The notes under the pieces were generated by a model, which was given only the letters and a program-made list of their open reading frames with translations, was not told where the DNA came from and did no database searches. Source: Eimeria praecox (Eukaryota). Taken from it: a stretch of 64,000 nucleotides of DNA. The DNA is taken from NCBI GenBank assembly GCA_963920595.1, contig OY986946.1, positions 4,650,001 to 4,714,000 on the forward strand, read 5' to 3'. Positions 1 through 11,430 of this stretch are shown piece after piece (position 1 is the first letter of the stretch; each line of letters starts with the position of its first letter). The translations under genes and the position numbers were made by a program.

Positions 1-1029
1 GCAGCAGCAGCAGCAGCGGAAGAGACAGTAGGCAGAGACAGCAGCAGCAGCAGCAGTGAAAGAGACAATAGGCAGAGAGCAGCAGCAGCAGCAGCAGTGG
101 AGGAGACAGCAGTAATAGACAGGAGCAGCAGCAGAGAGAGGTAGACATACAGCACTTGGAGACAGCTGAGCAGAACAGCATCTTGAACAGCAGCAGCCGC
201 AGCAGCAAAACTACTGCTGCTGCAGCGAAGGGACAGCCTAGACATAGAGCTGCAGGCCCGAAGCAGCAAATAAACCCTGTCTCTAGCAGCAGCACATCCC
301 TAAACAATATAAACAAACCAACGGAGACAGTGCAACACACACACAACACTAATCTACAAACCCCACACATTGAGAGACTCGGTGCTTTAGCCTGTACATA
401 CACCAGAGAATATATGTAGACTAGCTTATACTGTCTGTCTGTCTCTCGTGCTCGTGTCTTGTGTTGCTGCTCTCTGTCTCCATCTCTGTCTCTCTCTCCC
501 TCTATCTCTGTCTCTTTCTTTCTCTGTCTATGTCTGTCTCTTTCTTTCTCTGTCTCTGTCTCTCTGTCTCCGACAGGAACAAGGACGGAGACAGAGAGGA
601 GACACACACAGAAACAGCAGCACAGACAGAGACAGAGACAGAGAGAGACAGAGACAGAGAGAGACAGAGACAGACAGACAAACAGGGACAGGGGATAGAG
701 AGAGAGACAGAGACAGAGGGACAGAGAGAAAGAGACAGAGAGACAGGCAGAGAGAGAGAGACAGAGAGAGGGAGAGAGACAGACTGACAGACAGAGACAG
801 ACAGAGAGACAGACAGACAGAGAGACACAGAGAGAGAGAGACAGAGACAGACACCCGCGGCTACAGAATGCGAGACAGTTTCGTATATCAAGTCACAACC
901 TCTCTGTCTCCCCCAAGTGTCTCTCCACTACAAACAACTAACTGTCTCCTCCTCACCACTGAAAGGCCATAAACTCTCTCCCAAAAAATCTAAAGCAAAG
1001 ATAAATAATAAACTGAAGTAAGAAACACA

Positions 1030-2210
1030 ATGTCTGCCAAATACACCGAGGCAATCCCAACGGCAGCAGCAAAGATAGAAGCATATTAAATGCGGTGCAT
1101 GTACACCCCAGCCAGGCCAGATGGCTTAGCTGCAGATACACCCCAAATCATACACACACAAACAAACAAACACACACACACACACACACACACACAACAT
1201 AACCTGCTGTATGCCCTTAAGAGACACATACAACAGCAGCGGCAAATACAGCAGCAGCAGCAAATGCAGCAGCAGCAGCAGCAAATGCGGCAGCAGCAGC
1301 AGCAAATGCAGCTGCAGCAAGTGCAGCAGCAACAAGTGCAGCAGCAACAAGTGCAGCAGCAGCAAGTGCAGCAGCAGCAGCAGCAGCAGCAGCAATAACA
1401 GCAGCCCCACGGAGACACCAGAACAGATACACCCGAGGAGACACAAAGCACTAAGTACACAAAAGGAGACAGCAAAGAGAGAGAGAGAGAGAGACAGCAG
1501 CAAGAGAGACACACAAGTCTGTCGAGTAAGAGACAGACAGACAGAAAGATTATATTAACGAAGAGAAGAAACAAACAAATCAAATCAAATAAACAAACAA
1601 AGCAAACAAGCAAACAGATAGGAGACAGGAGACAGACAGACAGCACTGAGGGGGGACAGCAGAGACACACACAGAGAGAGAGAGAGAGAAAGAGAGACAG
1701 ACAGCGCAAGCGTACAAGACAGCTGCAGCTGTCTTAAACAAGAGAATAGCTGGAGGTGTATATACACTCGAAGACGAAGACAAGAGACAGGAGACAGCAC
1801 GCAGGAGGAGACAGCACACAGGAGGAGACAGCACATAGGAGGAGACAGTACAGCACAAGCATAGACCCTCCTCTAATAAAAAAGAGACAGGAGACACCGC
1901 AGCAGCAGCCACAGACAGTATATCATAACACACACATTCTTACCTTGAAGCTGCTGCTCTTCTTGCCTATCTCCCTCGCCACATAACTAACAGCAGACAG
2001 CAGCAAACTAACAGGAACAGAAGCAGGCAGCTGCTGCAGCAGCTGCAGCTGCTGCATCTGACTATCAAGGGCTAACAGCCCCGTGCGAGGCCCCAACAGC
2101 CCGTCCACCTAAAAACAAAACCCCAGGAATCGAACGCGGGACCTACGGGTTACAAGTCTACAGCCCCCCTACAGTCTACCAACCCCTGATGCGGTGATGG
2201 CCGTAGCCGT

Positions 2211-2241
<31 letters not shown>

Positions 2242-2733
2242 CCAGCAGCAGCAGCAGCAGCAACACCAGCAGCAGCAGCAGCAGCAACACCAACAAAGAT
2301 GCAGCAGCAACAGCAAGAACAGCACTTGAGCCTGAGCCTTTGCGGTGTCTCTCTGCTGCAGCAGAACTTCCCAACCAAACTAAATAATCAAAAGCAGCAG
2401 CAACAGCAGCAGCAGCAGCAGCAGCAAACAGCAGCAGCAGCAAACAGCAGCAGCAGCAAACAGCAGCAGCAACAGCAGCAGCAGCAGCAGCAGCACAACA
2501 ACAACAACAAAACCATGCTTGGTGTTTCACCTGCAAGGCTAGAGAACGGAAGGCGAGTACGTACACCCCGTTGACTGCTAGCAGCACAAGCTGCAGCGAA
2601 GAGAAATGTGGGGTCCCCTGCTGCAGCAGCAAATAGCTGCTCCAGAGATGCAGCAGCAGCACCGAGTAGGAGACACACAGACACACCCATGACGGCAACC
2701 AATATCCGGTGTTGCTGCTGCTGCTCCTGCTGC

Positions 2734-2767
<34 letters not shown>

Positions 2768-2860
2768 AATGCTGTCGTCAGCTCCTCTCCTGCTGCTGTT
2801 AAGGGGACCCGAGTCAGCTACGGTCCCCCTATGGGGGGCGGCACAGCTTCGTCGCAGCAT
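1030..2860 (-). CDS. Multi-exon hypothetical membrane protein (partial model; 3' exons uncertain, may continue toward the window start)
   Basis: Exon 2860-2531 (MLRRSC...WLPSWVCLCVSYSVLLLHLWSSYLLL...RSLALQ|gtgaaa) is in phase with exon 2108-1944 (ttttag|VDGLLGPRTG...REIGKKSSSFK|gtaaga). A possible small exon lies at ~2380-2330 and further exon-like islands at ~1130-1030, ~900-860 and ~435-400. No family recognised. Confidence 0.45.
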
Positions 2861-2873
2861 CTCGTGCTGCTGC

Positions 2874-2929
<56 letters not shown>

Positions 2930-3064
2930 CTGCTGTTTGCTTCACTCGGCAGCACCAGGTTAAGATTCTTCTGCTTCTCGGGTGTATGTGCAGCTAAACG
3001 TTGTTGTCATGCCTCCTCTACTAATCCCCTACCCCCTGAAGACGGCATTTCCTAAAGTGTGTCT

Positions 3065-3113
<49 letters not shown>

Positions 3114-3330
3114 CTTGCTCCAGCAGCAGCAGCAGCAGGAGCAGCAGCAGCAACACAAGAAGGCGTTGAGCCTCTAGCCTCTACTGTCTATGAGAGCAAT
3201 ATCCCCTAAATATGTCTCCCTATGAATCCATATATAACAACAGTTTTATTTGTATTGCTGAAATGAAGCAGAAACGCCAGCGAAAGAAATAGGACTGCAT
3301 GCACAAGCAGCAGCAGCAGCAGCAGCTGCT

Positions 3331-3370
<40 letters not shown>

Positions 3371-3501
3371 CAGCAGAGCTGTCCTGCTGCTGCTGCTGCT
3401 GCGGTGGTGCGGCTTTCCCCTCAATATCCTTTAACGATTTTTTAATATTTTATTGTTTCTCACATGCAGAACTTCTCTTCCTTCTAACTAGCTAGCTAGC
3501 T

Positions 3502-3580
<79 letters not shown>

Positions 3581-4287
3581 CCAGGCTCCACCACTCGAGG
3601 TCACCTACTATGGTGTTGACTGCAGCACGAAAGGAAGTGTTTATAGCTATCTTATCTCTGATGAATCCATATTATTATTATATGTATTATAATTATGTTT
3701 ATATATATATATATATATATATATAAATATATATAAATATATATATATATAATATATTTTGTTAACAAACACAAACAAAGACAGACAGACAGACACAGAC
3801 ATCCTCAGCAACCTCAACCTGCATCTGTGCTCTCTGTCTGTCTCTCTGCCTAGTGGGTTTGTGGGGTTGCTGCAGCAAACAGCAATAATGATATTAGATG
3901 GTTTTGCTGCTGAGTTTATTTATAGTAAGCCCTAGCAGCAGAAGCAGCCACCACACTTAACAGCAGCAGCAGGCAGCAGCAGGCAGCAGCACCCTACACC
4001 CTCCTCTTATATATCTGTGTTGTGTTATAAGAGCTTAGTTAGTATGCTGTTCTAAACAAACCTAAGCACAGAATATATCGGCAGCATCGCTGTCTCCCCC
4101 CCTCCCCCCCCCCTTCTATTCTACCTCTCTTCGGTGTATGCAAGAATGTAAGGAGGAGACACACAGTCATAGCTGCTGTGTCGCCTCATCTTTCTGCTGC
4201 AGCATTCTGCTGCAGCATTCTGCTGCAGCATCCTGCTGCAGTTAATTGCTGTAGACTCAGGAGAACTTAACCCCACAGCCGTGCAGC

Positions 4288-4329
<42 letters not shown>

Positions 4330-4609
4330 GTGTTTAGCTTTAGTGCCTCCTGCTGCAGTTTGTCGAATGTCTGTACACCTGATCTAGCAGCAGCAGCCTG
4401 CTGCAGCACAGCCCCCTATAGACTCATCTGCAGTACTCATACCAGCCTGGAAGGTCTGCTCCTTGTTGCTGAGCAGAAAGCTGCTGCTACAGCAGCAACA
4501 AGCTACTGCAGCAGCAGCAACAAGCTGCTGCTGCTGCAGCCACCTCAGGCTAGCAGGGGAACCTCCCCTCCCTTGTTGCTGCTACGTTCTAAAAGAATCT
4601 ACCTAACTG

Positions 4610-4689
<80 letters not shown>

Positions 4690-4705
4690 ATCTACCTAAC
4701 TGTAT

Positions 4706-4736
<31 letters not shown>

Positions 4737-4891
4737 ATCTACCTAACTGTACTATTATATATATATATTATATATATCTACGCCTGTGACGAGGGTGTGG
4801 CTGTGTGTGCCTTATATGCCGATGAATGTTTGTGTGCACTTTTTGTCATTTTCCTCCTCTAACAACATTATGCAGGCCAGCAGCACGAGCT

Positions 4892-4924
<33 letters not shown>

Positions 4925-5132
4925 GTGGTGCCTGCTGCTGCTGCTGCTCGTGCTGCTGCTGCTCGTGCTGCTGCTGCTGCTGCTGCTGTTGCTGCCGGAG
5001 GAGCATACTTGGCTACGTAGCTCGCAGCCACAAAACTTCTGTTAAGGGGAGGCCACCCTCTCTTCTCCTTAGGTAGAGAAGTCCGGGTGATAAAATATAT
5101 TGTGCAGCAGCAGCAGCAGCAGGCTGCTGCTG

Positions 5133-5175
<43 letters not shown>

Positions 5176-5962
5176 TGCTGCTGTCTGCTGCTTTCTGCGA
5201 GTGCTGCTGCTGCAGCAGCGAGAGAAAGACTCACAAGAGGCCCTCAGAGGCAATCTTCTCGTAACAGCCACCTTCTGAAGCAGCTACAGCAGCATATCTC
5301 TACAACTGTGTATTTGCTGCTGATGTGGCTGCTGCTGCTGTTGGTGCTGCTTGCTGTAGATATCCGCCACACATAACAGCAACAGCAGCCATGTTGCAGC
5401 CGCTGCTGCTGCTGCCGCTGCTGCTGCTGCTGCTGCTGCTGCTCGCATTGCTCCATCTTCTATCAATCAGCTACAGATGGAGGGACGCTTCAGACCAGTC
5501 GACCTGCTTCTTGACAGCAGCAAACTGCTGCGTTTGCTGCTGGAAGAGCCGCAAAAAACATATCGATGCGCGGCCGCCAGTCACGGTGTCTGTACACCTG
5601 AAACTTGCTGTTGCTGCTGCTGCAACTGTTGCTGCTGCAACTGCTGCTGCTGCTGCTGCTGCTGCGCAGTGCCGCAGCCTATGCAGCAACGCGAGAAGAA
5701 CAAACTGTCTACAGTTGATATATGACGACGACGAGAAAGACACATGTATGACCAACTACTTCAAACCGGTTGCTGTGGCGCTGCTGTTGCTGCTGCGGCT
5801 GCTGCTGCGGCTGCTGCTGCGGCTGCTGCTGCTGCTGCTGCGGGTTAGATTCGATGACGAGGACGAAGCTGATAGCTGCGTTGCAGCAGGGATGCGGTGT
5901 CTGTCTGTACACCTGCACGGCTATCACTGCTGCAATACCGCAGCAAAGGAGCTTGTTGCTCT

Positions 5963-5998
5963 TCAATGGAGAGCATGCGACGCGAAATGCAGCTTTGT

Positions 5999-6039
<41 letters not shown>

Positions 6040-6382
6040 CTTCTGATGAACCCAAGGCCTCCTCCCCTGCAGCAGAGCTATCTGCTGCTTGAGGGGAGCC
6101 TGAAGCTGGCTGTATGCCTGCGTTGTTGCTGCAAGTACTTGCGTTTAACGGACTAGTCTCACTGGCGCCGAGGGAGAGAGAGTGACAAGGGCTGCTGCTG
6201 CTGCTGCTGCTGCGGCCATTGCCGCTGCTGTTGCTGCCTGTAAGCCCACACACTGTTGATGCAAGAGAAGCAGGCAGCACCGGGGGGGCTCTCAGCTGTC
6301 TCCCCTGATGTGGGGGACTATCGTTTGTGCTGCTGCTGCGTGAGAGAGAGGCAAGCCCCAGAACAGCAGCAGCAACAGCTCT

Positions 6383-6418
<36 letters not shown>

Positions 6419-6858
6419 CTGCTGCTTCTTCTTGCCTCGAAGGCGCTTAAGAGGCGTCTCTCCTCCTCGACTCTCTGCCAATAATCTAAATGTATTTAGG
6501 TGGTGTCTATACACCTGCTTTGCGTATTCTGCTACAACAGCATCACCTTCCGGGCCCCTCGGGGCCCCACACTTGTTACAACGGAAGCGTCTAGGGAAGT
6601 TAACGTTGCTGCAGCTTCTACAGAGCCAATTACCATTACGGCCTCGTATAGGATTTGCTGCTGCTGCTGCTGCTGCACTGTCTCCTGCTGCTCCCCATGC
6701 CCCTCCCCCCGCACGATGAGACTGCTGCTCTAGACAGCACATTGGGTCTCCATAGATTTTTAAAAAAGACGACGGATTCCTAAACTCATCAGGATGAGCT
6801 AGCATTGTAGGAGCAGCAAAGTTCGGGCCCCCCACACCTGCAGCCACACCGCATGCAC

Positions 6859-6893
<35 letters not shown>

Positions 6894-7111
6894 ACAGCAG
6901 ATAGAATGAGTAGCTGCCGATTCGTATACTCACTTCTACACTGATAGAGGACATACCCCACACACAGCGTCCATGCAAGCCCCAAAACAACATACACAGG
7001 CAGCAGCAGCAATTGCAGCAATTGCAGCAGCAGCAGCAGCAGCATACACAAACGTACAGAAGAACAGCCACCAAAACCAGCCAGCCCCACGATGCATGCA
7101 TGCATGCATAG

Positions 7112-7170
<59 letters not shown>

Positions 7171-7630
7171 AAACCAGTAAACGCCATCGATAGTGTCTGT
7201 GTCACCTACAGCTGCAGCAACTGCCGCCATTGCCGCTGCTGCTGCTGCTGCTGCTGCAGCAGCAGCAGCAGCAGCTGCTGCTGCTGCTGCAGCTACGTAC
7301 CCTGTAGCCATGAAAGGAAGTTTTTTCCTGCTTCTGGTTTTGTTGATGAGCACTTCGTCAGTGCTAGAGCAGCACTAAAGATATCTGCTGCACGGCTTGC
7401 TGCAGCATCAGCGGAGAGGCCCTGCTGCTGCAGCTCCTCCAACAAACTGTCACGAAGCTCACGAGCCTTCAACGCTAGCTGCAGCACACCCATAAACAGC
7501 AGCAGCAGCAGCAGAAGCAGAGGCAGAAGCAGCAGCAGCAGGAGCAGAAGCAGCAGCAGCAACGGCAGGTTGGAGAGTCAATTACAAAAAAGCAGAGGAA
7601 TTGGTGCACGGAACGTCGCCTTAATGCCCA

Positions 7631-7662
<32 letters not shown>

Positions 7663-7884
7663 ACTGCTGTTGCTGCTGCTAGTGCTGTTGCTGCTGCTAC
7701 TGCTGTTGCTGCTGCTACTGCTGATGCTGCTGCTACTGCTGTTGCTGCTGCTACTGCTGTTGCTGCTGCTACTGCTGTTGCTGCTGCTACTGCTGTTGCT
7801 GCTGCTGCTGCTGTTGTGAAAGACTCACCGCAACGGCCGTCGTCCCCTGGAGGGTTCCTGCTGGTGAGTCTCCAAGATCTTCAA

Positions 7885-7916
<32 letters not shown>

Positions 7917-8226
7917 TGCTGCTGCAGCGCAGCAGCAACCCCTGGAGACTCGATAGAGAAGGCAGTCCCTTGAGGCGTGCGGCATTCACTGCTGCTCGCA
8001 GGCGTAACATCTCCTGAGGTGTAGTGGCTGAATCTGCTGCTGCCTATGCCGCCCCCCAGCTGCTGCTGCTGCTGCTGCTGCTGCCACTCCTGCTGCTGAG
8101 GAGAGCTCTCCCCTGAAGCAGGGCCCAAGCCTTCAAGGGCGTTACGCATAAGAGCATCAAGCTGTTTCTGCAAGCTGAGCGCCTCCCCGAAGTCAATCCA
8201 CTGCTGCTGCTGTTGCTGCTGCTGCG

Positions 8227-8258
<32 letters not shown>

Positions 8259-8863
8259 GGTTGCTGCTGCTCTACAGGAGCCCGTCCTAAGCCTGCCACA
8301 CGACGGGCTGCTGCGGCTATTTGCTGCTGACCGCTGCTTTGCTGCTGCTGCAGCTGCTGCTTTTCGGGGGTCTGCTGCTGCTGCTGCCTGTGCTGCCTCT
8401 TATGCATTGTCCTGCCTGCAGCAGCTTGCTGATGCTGCTGCCTGTTGCTGCTGCTGCAGCGGCTACAACCTCTATTCCCCCCAACGCCCTGCGCCTGACA
8501 GAGACACGATAGAGGGTAGTCAGGTGTAGTCTTTGAAGGCCCCCCCCCTCCAGCAACATCAGCTTCTTGCAGCAGCAGCAACTGCTGCTGCTGCTGCGCT
8601 TCCTCCTGTTGCTGCTGTGAAGCAAATAGAGCAGGAGACTCAGCAAGCTGCTTCAGAGCCCGCAGCAGATCTGCCTCTGTCACCACACCCAGCTGTCTCT
8701 GCATGCTGTCGAGGTCTTGCTGCTTCTGTTGCTGCTGCTGCTGCTGCTGTTCGCCGCTCACATTCAAACATGGCTGCTGCTGCCGTTGCTGCTGCTGCGG
8801 GGGTAGCAGCAAGGCGCGCCTTATGTCCTTAAGAGGAAGGTGGGGAAGAGCTGGCTTCGGCAT
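5963..8863 (-). CDS. RanBP2-type (zf-RanBP) zinc-finger protein with homopolymeric amino-acid repeats
   Basis: Phase-consistent model 8863-7829 / 7478-7301 / 6837-5963 with GT-AG sites. Motif GNWLCRSCSNVNFPRRFRCNKCGAPR (~6558-6633) fits W-x-C-x2-C-x3-N-x6-C-x2-C. Poly-Q/A/S tracts come from CAG repeats. The true start may lie further upstream. Confidence 0.75.
7093..7108. promoter_or_regulatory. Tandem TGCATGCA palindrome (TGCA x4)
   Basis: Reads tgcatgcatgcatgca inside an intron. TGCATGCA is a known over-represented apicomplexan motif bound by ApiAP2 domains; function here is untested. Confidence 0.4.
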
Positions 8864-8873
8864 CGTTGGCTGC

Positions 8874-8907
<34 letters not shown>

Positions 8908-10200
8908 GCTGCTGTAGGTTCGAGTGCTGCAGATCGAGCTTCTCCTAATGTTTTTGTTGCTGCTGTTGCAGCAAGAAGACAGAGGGATAAGACTCAAACA
9001 GCATGTGCCTCCGCACCTGCAGATAATTAACAAGCGCAAGACACCTCGATTGGAGGCTGCTGCTGCAGCTGCTGCAGCTGCTGCTGCTGCAGCTGCTGCT
9101 GCTGCTGCTGCTGCCTTTATTGCTCGATTGTGTGGTAGAACCAACAACCTTAAAATAATATTACAAGTTCTAAACAACACAATAAACAAAGAGAATGCAG
9201 ACAGATATGAATAGAGAGAGCCGCAGCAGCAACAGCACGGGAGCTGGGGGGCGGGGCACAGCACGCCCTAGGACCTGCTATGATGCTCTTCTGATTTGGC
9301 TGCAGCTCTAACGGCTTTTAGATATTATATTCGTGTTGGTAAGGATATAAGCAAGAGAATCCAAGTGCTGCTGCTGCTGCTGCTGCTGCTGCGGCTGCTG
9401 CTGCTGCTGCTGCTGCTAGGAGCTGCTTGTCTTTGTGCTGCAGCAGCAGAGAGAGGCCGCAGCTGCTGCCAGTGCTCCTGCTGCTGAGAAGGCTTAGGAT
9501 CCCCCCTCCGTATAAGGAGACATACAAAGACAGAAGACAAGTAGTGTTCGTTTGTAGTGCACTTTTTGTTTTCAGGTGTACGTACATAATAGACTACTTA
9601 CCGAAGGGCCTGCAGGAGCCGCTGCGGCTGCTGCGGCTGCTGCTGCTGCTGCTGCTGCTGGGGGCGTAGTATATGAGGCGGGGGGGAGGCGAGACCGAGG
9701 GCAGTCGAAGTTGCTGCTGCAGAGGATTCTGACGCCGAAATAAAGAGACAGAAGAAGACAGAATTGTGGCTGTTAGCTACTGTGTCTGCTTGCCAGGCAA
9801 AGGGATAGTCGAGGTATATTCGCAGCAGCAGCAGCACGCAATCTGACACACACGCTGCTGCTGCTGCTGCTGTCGATGGCTGCTGCTGCCACGATATTGG
9901 CCTAGAGAACCGGCCTTACGGGGACACACACAAAGTTAAAAAAACCTAGAAGAAATAAACTAAAAATAACATAAATAAAAGAGTATAAGCGCCAGATGAG
10001 CAGGCTGCCGGAGAATAAGGAGGGGTGTGCCGTGCTGCTGCTGCGGAGGGAGACAGAGGGGCTGCTGCAGGTGCTGCTGCTGCTGCTGTTGCTGCTCACC
10101 GTCGTTTCCTATCTTTTCTAGAAAGCCTATGTCTTTATACCCGAAATCCTTTAGCTTTTGGCGCTGCTTGTGGGCGCCAAGTCACAGACCCCACAAACAC

Positions 10201-10221
10201 TAAACCCTAAACCCTAAACCC
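10201..10221. repeat. Interstitial telomere-like heptamer (TAAACCC)3
   Basis: taaaccctaaaccctaaaccc, located at the edge of the CAG-rich segment. Confidence 0.85.
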
Positions 10222-10898
10222 CAGCAAGACTAAGAGGTGCTCGCCGAGTTGCTGCTCTGGCGCCAGTTAACGAACAACAACAGCGCCGTCTCCCTCTCAA
10301 TTTTTGTTATTTTTGACTGTGTTGAGCTTACACATTTGCTCAAATCATGCTTGATGCGGTGTATATACACCTATTTATTATTAGGACCCCTAGTAAAGAG
10401 CACACTGCCCGGCCTTCTGCCTCTTCTGTCTCGATAGGGAGGAGTCGGCACGCTTAATCTCAACACAGTACACTGTGAGTCTTTGAGACAGATACAACAC
10501 ACCATTGTCTACTCAAGCAGAAGATGTGTTGGGTTTTGTATAGTGGTGTGTCTGATGCTGGCACATGCATCTCTAGTTGCACGTACGTTGGATGCTGGGG
10601 GCGACGTAGTTCTTTAGTGAGTGTGTGCAGTGTTGTTGAAGGTCAGAAAGTTGGTTTCGTTTTGCTTTCGTTTGGGGTTGCCCTGTAGCAGGGGTTTAGC
10701 AAGTAGTACTACAAACCATCTGAGGCTGCTGCCTCTGTGCAGCCGTTAGGCTGCCGTCTCAAGAGCACCTGGGGGCTGAATGGGACTTCATCCGCGCTTT
10801 CAGAGCATTGAAAGGCGTTTTGACTGTTTTGTATCTCACGATGATTCTCTGCTACGGTGGAGGGCGCCTGTTCAAAGTATCATAGTGACGCTCAGAGA

Positions 10899-11430
10899 TG
10901 TAACGAGACGGAGAGCTTGCGACTGAGAGAACGAGAGTTAACACACAGGGCTGTGACGAGCAAGGGCAGGGAGAGACCAAAACAAATCCAATGACAATCA
11001 GATACAGATAAAGCGGGAACGAGGCATTACCGAATCCCAAGTGCTAGGTGTAGTATGCCATGCATGGTGTTGATACTCCGACTCCTACTTACTCGCCTGC
11101 TGAGTAGGAAAGATCAAGCAGGAGTAGGAAGGGTCAAGCAGGCGTTTTAAGTCAGTCAAAGCTATAGTCCACAATGTTACTGCATGCAGGAATGGAGCAC
11201 TGACTGCGCGTGCTTGTGGGCTGCCGTGCATCCCCATTTATAGCAGGGCGCGTTGCAGCCCCTGGCAAGCGTGTCCGTTTCCCTATCAGCCCAGGCCAAT
11301 GGGCCGCTGCGCCCAGGAGAGTTTAAGGGTGTAGGGGATGCCAGCTGCTTTGGAGGGACTCCTTCTCTAAGTATTTGCCTGCATTGCAGCTAGTGAGGGT
11401 CCATGACTAAGTTTGAGGACCCTCGTTACA
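10899..11430 (+). repeat. LTR of family A copy 1 (532 bp)
   Basis: TG...CA ends with perfect 9-bp inverted termini, followed by a degenerate PBS-like sequence. Its 3' part is homologous to ~27135-27315. Confidence 0.75.

Larger units (their letters stand above)
1..10220. repeat. Simple-repeat-rich segment: (CAG/CTG)n, (AG/TC)n, (AT)n, (CA)n microsatellites
   Basis: Dozens of CAG/CTG runs (e.g. 3501-3578), AT runs (about 3700-3755, 4290-4323, 7116-7165) and an AG/GAGACA run (about 590-850). Density falls sharply after ~10.2 kb. Matches the repeat-rich 'R' segments known from Eimeria genomes. Confidence 0.95.

Noticed and set aside
4330..5960. Possible additional gene(s) between the two minus-strand genes
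   Set aside because: Non-repetitive islands exist, but I could not fix strand, frame or a recognisable domain.
448..10210. Many poly-A/Q/S/C/L and RD/SL-repeat ORFs in all frames
   Set aside because: CAG/CTG and AG/TC repeats lack stop codons, so these ORFs are expected artefacts. Only splice-consistent or motif-bearing exons were kept.
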